DNA of 64,000 nucleotides from a bacterium. Lineage in GTDB: Bacteria > Omnitrophota > Gorgyraeia > Duberdicusellales > 4484-171. The notes below the pieces were generated by a model, which was given only the letters and a program-made list of their open reading frames with translations, had not been told where the DNA came from and searched no databases. Shown in pieces: positions 48,434-56,539 of the stretch. Made by a program: the position numbers and the translations under genes. Location: positions 70,842-134,841 of the forward strand of contig JAJYOP010000002.1 of assembly GCA_021796115.1 (NCBI GenBank). The letters run 5' to 3'. The first letter of the stretch is position 1. The number at the start of each line of letters is the position of its first letter.

Positions 48434-48935
48434 TTTCCTATCTAATCTCTTTATTTAAAAAGTATCTACAAATTTCGTTGCCTCTACTAAAGCAAACTTA
48501 TATATCTACCCCTTGTACTGGTTAATTCATAAAGAACCTTGTGAGATACGTCGATGAAATACTTTGCACCAAAAAGCATTTGTAATCAGTTTTGAGAGCT
48601 CACTTGACGAAATGCTGATTGTAATCTTTTTTAAGTATTCTATGTACGTAAATTGCGGCAGTTCCATCCATTGTCTTTTATTCCTTCCGAGGCTTATTCT
48701 GTTCTAATTAAAAGGCAATCGGGATTTGCCGTATCTTTTATGGAAAGATAATCGCAGGCAGAATAAGCAAAATAGAGCAATTTTTACTTACTTCATAAAT
48801 GCCAGAAACCTTGCCTTCGATAATATTAGGAAGAATTAAAGTAATGGCAGCTTTTCGTTGCCATATTCAACGCAAATATTTAAGTGTATCTTTCTTTATT
48901 TTACCCGCATAGCCGGAATAAGAGCTTAGAATTAA

Positions 48936-50480
48936 TTACATTTTATTATAAATTTTCTCCGGTATCGGAAATGTCCGGTTATTCAAAATTGAACCTAAGA
49001 TGTTGGTCTTATTTTGCTCAAACGGAACTAACGAAGCCTTTATTACTTGTTTACGTGTTTTGCCTTCATTTACCACAATAACCGTGCTATCAGCAAAAGT
49101 GGAAAGTATTACTCCGTCTTTGTAGGCGCTGATTTCAGGAGAATCTATCAGGACTATCGTATATTTTTCTTTTACCTGTCTAATTAACTCCTGCATTGCA
49201 TGCGAACTTAACAATGTTACGGGGTTAAGCGTACAGTTTCCCGCGGCAAGCACATCCAAATCACTGCCTGCCTCTTTAACTGCTTTTTCAAAACTCAACT
49301 TTCCCTCAAGAACATCAACCAAGCCGGTTTCTTTAGGAATTTTAAAAAGTTTACCCAGAATAGGATTCCTAAAATTTGCATCGATAACAAGAGTTTTGTG
49401 CTTGGCTGTTTCAGAAAAGTAAGTGGCAAGATTTGCTATCAGTGTGCTTACGCCTTCGCCGAAAAGTGCTGAAGTAAATACTAATGATTTCAATTTCTTG
49501 TCTTTCATCAAAAGATAGACCTGGTCTGCCAGATTATGATAGTAGTTTGTTTTTGCATTCTTAGGTATAGAACCAAGGCAAGGAACTCCAAGATACTCCT
49601 CTGCTTCCTTAGGATAGCGAATAGTCTGGTCAAGGTATTCAAAGACAAAGGAAAGCATAACACCGAGGAATATGCTCAAAATAAAAGCCAGCACCAAAAG
49701 AATCGAGCGAGGTAAACCCTCTGGTTTAATAGGCAATGCTGCCTGCTCGATAATCTTTACACTTGCTGGACCAATTGCCTCAACATCAGAAACTGGTTGG
49801 CCAGAAAGATTTTTGCTCATCTTCTCAATGTTTTCCTTCAACTGTATTGCCGTGGGATGCTTTTCTCCGTATTTTAGCTGCAACTCTGCAAGCTGTTGCT
49901 CCAGGTCAAAAATCGCATAAGCACGGCTTATGGTATTGGCAATAGTTGCAGCAGCAATTGGATCATAATCTACTACGCTTATAATAAAAATATTAGTGTC
50001 TTGTACAGGTTCAACTTTAAGATTTTCTCTTAAATTTTCTATAGCCATGCGGTAGAGAATGCCTTTCCTTTGGCCTTCAGGATAAGTTTCTAACTCTTTT
50101 TGAGACAGCTTGGCTATGAAAGAGATTAAAGGTTTTTTGAGAACGGAAGCAAAATTTGATTCATAATCAAACGGCCGCTGATAAAGCCCGAGTGCTCTTA
50201 CGGCTAAGCCAAGTACTGGATTCGAAGTTACAATTTCGCTCTGTGTTAATGTGGGCTGAATATTGCTATAACCCATGATTGCCGTATAGTAAGGAGATTC
50301 CACTTGGGGTTGAGCCTGGATAAGCATCTTAACTTTGGCTTTGTATACTGGGGTTTTAAACAATAAGCCAATTATACTGACTAGGGTTACAACGATTATA
50401 GTTGTAACAAGTACTGCCTTTTGTCTGAACAATACGCGCATATAATCACGCATTGTCATGTAAGAATATGATTGATCCAT
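48936..50480 (-). CDS. Polysaccharide co-polymerase (Wzz/GumC-like) fused to a degenerate BY-kinase-like P-loop domain
   Basis: N-terminal TM + Wzz domain + second TM, then TSALFGEGVSTLIANLA (Walker A with V instead of K), VIDANFRNP and LIDSPE. Confidence 0.8.
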   Translation of the reverse strand: MDQSYSYMTMRDYMRVLFRQKAVLVTTIIVVTLVSIIGLLFKTPVYKAKVKMLIQAQPQVESPYYTAIMGYSNIQPTLTQSEIVTSNPVLGLAVRALGLYQRPFDYESNFASVLKKPLISFIAKLSQKELETYPEGQRKGILYRMAIENLRENLKVEPVQDTNIFIISVVDYDPIAAATIANTISRAYAIFDLEQQLAELQLKYGEKHPTAIQLKENIEKMSKNLSGQPVSDVEAIGPASVKIIEQAALPIKPEGLPRSILLVLAFILSIFLGVMLSFVFEYLDQTIRYPKEAEEYLGVPCLGSIPKNAKTNYYHNLADQVYLLMKDKKLKSLVFTSALFGEGVSTLIANLATYFSETAKHKTLVIDANFRNPILGKLFKIPKETGLVDVLEGKLSFEKAVKEAGSDLDVLAAGNCTLNPVTLLSSHAMQELIRQVKEKYTIVLIDSPEISAYKDGVILSTFADSTVIVVNEGKTRKQVIKASLVPFEQNKTNILGSILNNRTFPIPEKIYNKM

Positions 50481-50511
50481 GGTATTCTCCTTTTTCTAGA
50501 ACACGGATTGC

Positions 50512-50557
50512 CACGAATTGAGAGACTAATTTCCACGAATCCATTCGTGGAAATTAG
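50512..50557. repeat. Family-3 CACGAAT palindromic repeat copy
   Basis: gccacgaattgagag, then a perfect 15-bp inverted repeat ctaatttccacgaat-cc-attcgtggaaattag (50526-50557). Homologous to 24950-25040. Confidence 0.85.
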
Positions 50558-50596
50558 TTCCAAAATCGCGGTAATTTGTGTTTATTCTCTTCCCCA

Positions 50597-51310
50597 TTAA
50601 AAAATCCCCTCGGATACCACAACGGTATCGCCTGGTTTCAAAATAATATCGGCCTTAGAATTACCATTCATAACTGCATCAAGGTTTATTTTGATTGTTT
50701 CATAATCCGCGCTTACTTTCTTAGGCCGCAGAATCTTTACACGGCTTGTTGAACCATACTTTGTAAAGCCACCGGCCAGAGATATTGCTTCAAGCACGGT
50801 TGTATTTTCGTCTAAAATGTAGGTTCCCGGCTTCATAACTTCACCATAGACAAAAAACTTTTTGCTGCGGTTTTCCTTTAGAGCTATTGAAACAATCGGA
50901 TATTTTAAATAACCGTCGGCAAGTTTACTGGTTATAAGCGCTTCCGCCTCGGACAAAGACATATGAACCACCTTTACATTGCCCACATATGGAACGCTAA
51001 TTGTTCCGTCCGGAGCGACAACCACAGTGGTCGATCTCTGTTCCGGCTGGATTATCTCTATATCAAGCACGTCATCTATGCCGATTTTATAAGTTGAATT
51101 ATTCTTGGTGGTTTCTGCAGACGCTTTTTCTTGCGTTGCTTCCTGCGGCGTATTTGCCATTATGGCTTCTTCTGCTGGCTTTTCATCTGTAGCAAGGCCG
51201 GCTTGGAGCGGCTTAACTTCGCCAGCGGTTGATGAATCAGCAGCAGAAACAACCATAATTGGTGAAAAACAAAGCAGCATTAAAAAAATCAAAAGTAACT
51301 TTCCTTTCAT
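50597..51310 (-). CDS. Polysaccharide export protein (Wza/EpsE-like, Poly_export + SLBB)
   Basis: Signal peptide, YKIGIDDVLDI, PDGTISVPYVG, and GEVMKPGTY...LEAISLAGG. Confidence 0.85.
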   Translation of the reverse strand: MKGKLLLIFLMLLCFSPIMVVSAADSSTAGEVKPLQAGLATDEKPAEEAIMANTPQEATQEKASAETTKNNSTYKIGIDDVLDIEIIQPEQRSTTVVVAPDGTISVPYVGNVKVVHMSLSEAEALITSKLADGYLKYPIVSIALKENRSKKFFVYGEVMKPGTYILDENTTVLEAISLAGGFTKYGSTSRVKILRPKKVSADYETIKINLDAVMNGNSKADIILKPGDTVVVSEGIF

Positions 51311-51361
51311 GCCATCCTCCTGTTATTTGACTACATTATATATTGAGTTTTTAGCCTTGAA

Positions 51362-52027
51362 CTATATCGCTAAGAGCTGATTTATTTTCGATTTTAAAAT
51401 CTTAAAGTTTTCTTTAGAATAATACGGCCTTTCGCTTGCCTGGAGCAATGAACCAAGCTTTATGGCATAATCATTTTTAGAGAGCGTTTCTATTTGTTCT
51501 AAAAGCTTCTTTAACCTATCCGCTGGTGCATCCAAAACAATACCTTTCTTAAGAAGAAATTCCAGATCGAAACAGTCACGGATTTCTTTCCGGTTAAGAA
51601 AAGCGTTAATTTTAGCTTGCAGCATATCCGAAAGTGAAACTGTGTTTAGAAATACCTGAATATTTGAATTTTTGCTATAAGCAATCGAAGATTCTACTTT
51701 TATGTCTTTTTTCTCTTTTCTGATTTCGATTTTTAAACTTCTCGGATAATCAGGGGATTTAATCTCAAAAATAATGGTATAAAATTTGTTTGCGCTATCC
51801 GTAATCGTATATTCTTTAGATAAAATATTTTCAACTTTTTTGAATAAATCTTTGAAATCCAAATCCTTTATAACCCAGAAATCAAGGTCGACAGAATACC
51901 TGTTTAATCCGAAACAAAGCCGGAGCATGGTATCGCCGCAAAACACCAGATTATTTAAAACCTTGGCGGTATTAAGTTTTTCTAAAACTTCAAGTTCGAA
52001 TTGTTCTTGTTTAATTAAGTCCTGCAT
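51362..52027 (-). CDS. AbiEii/AbiGii-family nucleotidyltransferase toxin (type IV TA)
   Basis: LVFCGDTMLRLCFGLNRYSVDLDFWV matches the family N-terminal motif. Overlaps the upstream antitoxin gene. Confidence 0.75.
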   Translation of the reverse strand: MQDLIKQEQFELEVLEKLNTAKVLNNLVFCGDTMLRLCFGLNRYSVDLDFWVIKDLDFKDLFKKVENILSKEYTITDSANKFYTIIFEIKSPDYPRSLKIEIRKEKKDIKVESSIAYSKNSNIQVFLNTVSLSDMLQAKINAFLNRKEIRDCFDLEFLLKKGIVLDAPADRLKKLLEQIETLSKNDYAIKLGSLLQASERPYYSKENFKILKSKINQLLAI

Positions 52028-52602
52028 AACCGCTCAATAATTTTTTGTGTTTTCAAAGGGTATGTCCGTGCAAGAGATTTTACTTTTTTAATGTCGAGCT
52101 TGGCGATATTTAGCGAGTAAAAATCTATTTTATATTTCCCGAACGAAAACAGATACACTGCATCCATAAAAGCTTTTTCTTTCGTAGCAATAAAAAAGTC
52201 CTCCTTCTTAAGGAAACCGGAGTATAGCTTCTTGTTAAGCTTATAGAAATAGAAGCTTCTTCCATCTGCGTCTATCTTTTTTGTGCGCTTAAGCGAAACG
52301 CTTTCAAAGAAATTATTCTGCACCTGCGTGGTTATACCATAATAAGATAAAGCCGTCATAAAAGAAATATAAGACGGTACCTGGAGGAAATTAGAAATTC
52401 TGTATAATTCCTCCCTGCTTAAACCATCCCATACCTCGTTTAATAAATAAAAATTCTTTTTAAGACGGATAAACAAGCCTTCTTTAAGGTAACGGCTGCA
52501 CAAGACCCTGGCTGACTTTTCCTTTTCTTTGAGAATATTTGCAACGTCTTCAACGGTAAAAAATGGCTTTGCGCGTAATTTCTGAAGTTTGATATATTTC
52601 AT
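52015..52602 (-). CDS. AbiEi-family antitoxin / transcriptional regulator
   Basis: N-terminal winged-helix-like region (FFTVEDVANIL...SARVLCSRYLKEGLFIRLKKNFY). Paired with AbiEii. Confidence 0.7.
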   Translation of the reverse strand: MKYIKLQKLRAKPFFTVEDVANILKEKEKSARVLCSRYLKEGLFIRLKKNFYLLNEVWDGLSREELYRISNFLQVPSYISFMTALSYYGITTQVQNNFFESVSLKRTKKIDADGRSFYFYKLNKKLYSGFLKKEDFFIATKEKAFMDAVYLFSFGKYKIDFYSLNIAKLDIKKVKSLARTYPLKTQKIIERLCRT

Positions 52603-52737
52603 ATGTTAAATATAGATAATAGATATTTTTGTTAATTATATATTCCTAGTAAATTCAAGAGGTAGTTATAGCATATATTTGAGAAAAAAACAAGTATTTC
52701 AGGGCCTCAAAACTAAATTGCGACATTATAACCTGAA

Positions 52738-54147
52738 TCAGTGTGCGCCTATTCCAAATAAAACTACCGGGATAGTTTTTAAAAGAATCTTAAAATCCAA
52801 TTTAAGCGACCAGCTGTCGATATATTCAAGATCAAGCTTCATCCACTCGTCGAATTTCTTTATTTTGTTCCTTCCGCTAACCTGCCAGAGGCAGGTAATA
52901 CCCGGGCGCATGCTTAGGCGGCGGCGGTGCCAGGAGTCATATTTATTTACCTCGGCAGGGATAGGGGGCCTTGGGCCCACCAGACTCATGTCCCCTTTTA
53001 AAACGTTCCACAATTGAGGCAGCTCGTCTATGCTGAATTTTCTAAACAGCCTGCCTAGAGGAGTAATTCTTGGGTCATTCTTTGCTTTAAAAACTGGGCC
53101 TTCCATTTCGTTATATGCGGCTATGTCTTTTAATTTTTTCTCTGCGCCTTCTATCATAGTCCTGAATTTATACAATACAAATTTCCTGCCGTTTACCCCG
53201 CTTCTTATCTGACGGAAAAATACAGGACCTTTGGAAGTTGCTTTTATGGTTATTGCTGCGATTACAAAAAAAGGCCAAAGCATAATAAGCGCTATAAAAG
53301 ATACAACCTCATCCATGATTCTTTTTATAAAGAGCTGCCAGTACTTATCGCTGGTTGTGACAAAAGTTAAAAGCGGAAACCCCTGCAGCTCCAAAGGCTT
53401 TGCGCGTGCAAGCATGAGATTAAAAAAATCTGCAGCTATGCTTATGGAAATGCCTTCTGTTTCAAACATGCTTATTAATCCCTGCATATTTTCAAGCCAT
53501 GAGCGCGGCACGATAAATACAACTTCATCTATTACATTGTTATGCAGAATCTCTGCAGCTTTTTCGAAAGAACCGATTATTTTTATACCTCTTACCTCTT
53601 CGCCTATTTTTTGGGGGTCTCTATCAATGATACCGATAATTCTGTAGCCCCATTCCGGATTGTTAGTTACTATTTCTATAAAATTTTCAGCGCGCCTGTT
53701 AGAACCTATGACTAAAATGTTCCTGAAGTTATATCCGCGGCGGCGGAAATACCTAAAAAAGGAAACAAGCGTCATCTTCTCAAGGGAAAGCGCTGCAGTT
53801 GTAACAATAAAAAATATGGCAATGAAATCCCGATTGATATTCGTAATCTTAAAAAAATAGAAAAAGGCACTACTTATCAACAATCCGAAGAATGCACTTT
53901 TAAAAATTATATAGAATATTTCTGATGGTTCGCGCGTCCGGAAAGATCTGTACATCCCGCAGGTATAAAGCATATAACCCCAAGAAAGTAAAAGAATTGG
54001 CAGAAACTTCAGGTAATCTTCAAACGACTGCTGGTAACCGTATAGCCATACTCTCAAAAAGTATATAAAAACATAAGAGAATGCGATAACACTAATGTCA
54101 AAGAGCATCACGAACCTTCTTAAGATTTCCGTTCTCTCTTTCAGCAT
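52738..54147 (-). CDS. Polyprenyl-phosphate glycosylphosphotransferase (WbaP/EpsB-type priming enzyme)
   Basis: N-terminal TM helices, a central Rossmann-like region and the C-terminal sugar transferase core (DELPQLWNVLKGDMSLVGPRP). Confidence 0.9.
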   Translation of the reverse strand: MLKERTEILRRFVMLFDISVIAFSYVFIYFLRVWLYGYQQSFEDYLKFLPILLLSWGYMLYTCGMYRSFRTREPSEIFYIIFKSAFFGLLISSAFFYFFKITNINRDFIAIFFIVTTAALSLEKMTLVSFFRYFRRRGYNFRNILVIGSNRRAENFIEIVTNNPEWGYRIIGIIDRDPQKIGEEVRGIKIIGSFEKAAEILHNNVIDEVVFIVPRSWLENMQGLISMFETEGISISIAADFFNLMLARAKPLELQGFPLLTFVTTSDKYWQLFIKRIMDEVVSFIALIMLWPFFVIAAITIKATSKGPVFFRQIRSGVNGRKFVLYKFRTMIEGAEKKLKDIAAYNEMEGPVFKAKNDPRITPLGRLFRKFSIDELPQLWNVLKGDMSLVGPRPPIPAEVNKYDSWHRRRLSMRPGITCLWQVSGRNKIKKFDEWMKLDLEYIDSWSLKLDFKILLKTIPVVLFGIGAH

Positions 54148-55274
54148 TAAAATTCTCCGTTAAGTCCCAGTGAAATTAAATTTTTGTTATACTCCCAGCT
54201 GCTTAAATTGGAGTTGGTTTTTGAGTAACTGTAGGCAATGTTTGCCTGAATATTGGGTAGAATATCATAGGAAAAATTGACGGCACCTCCGATAAATTTA
54301 GTTGTTATATCTGACCGAGTGTAATCTCCTGTCCCATAGAAACCGGAAAGAAAAATATTTAGTCTTTTCAGCAAATTTCTTTTAAGCGAGACTGAAACGC
54401 GCTGCGATTTGAATATTTCCTGCATATAAAAAGTGCTGTTATCCTGCTTAAGATATGCGACACTGAAGTTTGTTTTTACATCTATATCGTCTGAAACCGT
54501 ACCCTGGTAATACATCGAATTATGCTTCTGCTTGTCAGAACTTTCGGCAAAATCCTGCCCTATGCGCCCCTCAACATAGAACTGCGGCGAAAAATACTGC
54601 CGGAGGCCGCCAGCATATCTTGTGGTGCCTATATCTATCGAATTCTCGAACTTCCTGTTGAGATATTCCGTCGTTGCCAGTAATATAGACTTGGACGTTA
54701 TGGCATAATCCGCTTCAATGGCAGCGTCATTTAAAAAAGAATTTATCAGGTCTTCGCGGTTAGGCGAATAAAACTGGTTGTAATATTTGCCTAGTATGCT
54801 GAATTGTTTCGTAAACTCGTGTGTAAAGTTTGCGCCGAAATTATTAATGTAATAGTCATATCGTATCTGTGTGCCGCCGAATTGATCTTCGAAACTATGG
54901 GGTTCTTCGGCATGCGTAAAGTCTTCGGTAAAATTCAATCCGCTGCGGCTTGACAGATCCTGCGACAAGCTGGCATGTAAATCTTCTGCTACATTATCGA
55001 ATTTTGTAAATCTAGCGTAACGCTGGAATTTTACATCACTCTTGAAGGTAAGCATGCGCGTTTTCCCTTCCGCCGTACCGGATATTCCGACAGCGAAATT
55101 TGTGCTATAATCTTTTTTCACATTAATGTTTGAATAAAGGATGTTGTCATCATAAATTTCCTGCGCTGAAGCAAGTAAATTCACATCTACATCGCCTATC
55201 CTGTAAGCGAAAGCATTCTTCGCAAATGATAAGACAAGAAAAACTAAAATCGTTGCGCTTATTAATTTTTTCAT
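54147..55274 (-). CDS. Outer-membrane beta-barrel protein (EpsL-like candidate)
   Basis: Signal peptide, alternating-hydrophobicity strands rich in Y/F/N/S, and a terminal Phe (LNGEF). Confidence 0.55.
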   Translation of the reverse strand: MKKLISATILVFLVLSFAKNAFAYRIGDVDVNLLASAQEIYDDNILYSNINVKKDYSTNFAVGISGTAEGKTRMLTFKSDVKFQRYARFTKFDNVAEDLHASLSQDLSSRSGLNFTEDFTHAEEPHSFEDQFGGTQIRYDYYINNFGANFTHEFTKQFSILGKYYNQFYSPNREDLINSFLNDAAIEADYAITSKSILLATTEYLNRKFENSIDIGTTRYAGGLRQYFSPQFYVEGRIGQDFAESSDKQKHNSMYYQGTVSDDIDVKTNFSVAYLKQDNSTFYMQEIFKSQRVSVSLKRNLLKRLNIFLSGFYGTGDYTRSDITTKFIGGAVNFSYDILPNIQANIAYSYSKTNSNLSSWEYNKNLISLGLNGEF

Positions 55275-56077
55275 ATAGCCGCTGTTTCTCTTGATTTAGA
55301 AATTTTTTCAGTTTTGGATAATTTTAAGAAAACCTCTACCACACGAGGATCAAATTGCGTACCTGCATTTTTTTGTATCATGCATATCGCATCTGGAATG
55401 CTATAACTTTTATGATATGAATTTTCGGCGGTCATGCATACAAACGTTTCGGCTAAGGAAATAATTTTTGCTTCAGGTAAAATTTCATCAGCCTTTAAAC
55501 CGTGGGGGTAGCCGCTGCCGTCAAAACGCTCATGGTGTTGCCGGACTATTGTTGCCAAATCCTGTAATATTTCTATGGAATTTAAAAAATCGCTGCCCAA
55601 TAAAGGATGCTTTTTTATCTCAAGATATTCCTCAGGGCTGAGTCCGTCTTGTTTATTCAGAATGCTTTCGCTGATTAAAAACTTGCCGATGTCATGCATA
55701 AGCGCAGCTAAATAAATTCTTTGTTGTTTTAAACGCGAAAAACCCATTTCGTTGGCAATGGCAAGGCTTATATCTGCCACTTTAGCTGAATGACCTTTAC
55801 AGAATATCAGCTTCCTTTCCAAAAGATAAACAAAAGCATTAGTTATAACAGATAATGATTTATTGGCAGTTTTGTCTGCAGTTAGAGATAAATTGTTATG
55901 CATGGAGCGCAATAATTCTTCTCTGGAGATACGATGATGGCCACCTGGGGTCTTAAAAGTGCTTATTTCGCCTCGATAAATAAGCTTTTTTAAGGTAGAA
56001 AGACTGACGTTTAGAATGGCCGCCGCCTCACGGGGTGTTAGACATAGCTTTGGAGTTTCACTATATTTATTTATCAT
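55271..56077 (-). CDS. Excisionase-type HTH fused to an HD-GYP domain
   Basis: LTPREAAAILNVSLSTLKKLIYRGEISTFKTPGGHHRI (MerR/Xis-like HTH), then HDIGK and HHERFDGSGYPHGL. Confidence 0.85.
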   Translation of the reverse strand: MINKYSETPKLCLTPREAAAILNVSLSTLKKLIYRGEISTFKTPGGHHRISREELLRSMHNNLSLTADKTANKSLSVITNAFVYLLERKLIFCKGHSAKVADISLAIANEMGFSRLKQQRIYLAALMHDIGKFLISESILNKQDGLSPEEYLEIKKHPLLGSDFLNSIEILQDLATIVRQHHERFDGSGYPHGLKADEILPEAKIISLAETFVCMTAENSYHKSYSIPDAICMIQKNAGTQFDPRVVEVFLKLSKTEKISKSRETAAI

Positions 56078-56217
56078 AAACTGGGTAAAATCGTATAAAA
56101 AAGAGTAGGAACGATTATATGCCGTTTTTATATTTTGTCAACAAAATAGAAATTCTTGTCACTTACGATTTAAAAGTGCACAGTTTTTATGCAACCTTCC
56201 CCTTTTCAGTGGACTAT

Positions 56218-56340
56218 TTATAGAGTTTGTAAAGAGCGTTTTTCAAATTCAAAAGGGCTTAAGTAACCGGGCGTTGAATGCGCCCTTTTAGTGTTGTAAT
56301 ACATTTCAACGTATTCAAAGATTTTTCTTTTGGCTTGGGA
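56218..56340 (-). mobile_element. 3'-terminal remnant of an IS3-family transposase (OrfB C-terminus)
   Basis: Minus-strand translation AKRKIFEYVEMYYNTKRAHSTPGYLSPFEFEKRSLQTL* matches the conserved ...FEYIE.FYN.KR.HS.LGY.SP.EFE tail. Stop codons lie directly upstream. Confidence 0.6.
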
Positions 56341-56430
56341 AGATAAAAATTATATCAAATGTAAACCTTAAAGAGGATTTATTTATCATGGCTATTTTTT
56401 GCAAGTATTATATTAATCAGAAAAAGTAGG

Positions 56431-56458
56431 GTTTTGACCGGGTCAAAATGGTCAAAAC
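56431..56458. promoter_or_regulatory. Triple GGTCAAAA half-site array (operator- or att-like)
   Basis: GTTTTGACC-G-GGTCAAAA-T-GGTCAAAAC. The outer 9-mers are exact inverted repeats. Lies about 50 bp upstream of the -35 of the HTH gene. Confidence 0.35.
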
Positions 56459-56505
56459 AGGTAAAATATGAAATGTTTAAATGCGTGGACAAGTAAACAA
56501 ATTAC

Positions 56506-56533
56506 TTGACTTTTCTTTTAATTTTTATATAAT
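56506..56533 (+). promoter_or_regulatory. Near-consensus promoter predicting a leaderless HTH-gene transcript
   Basis: TTGACT-N16-TATAAT-N6-ATG (ATG at 56540), no Shine-Dalgarno. Confidence 0.5.
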
Positions 56534-56539
56534 GGCACC

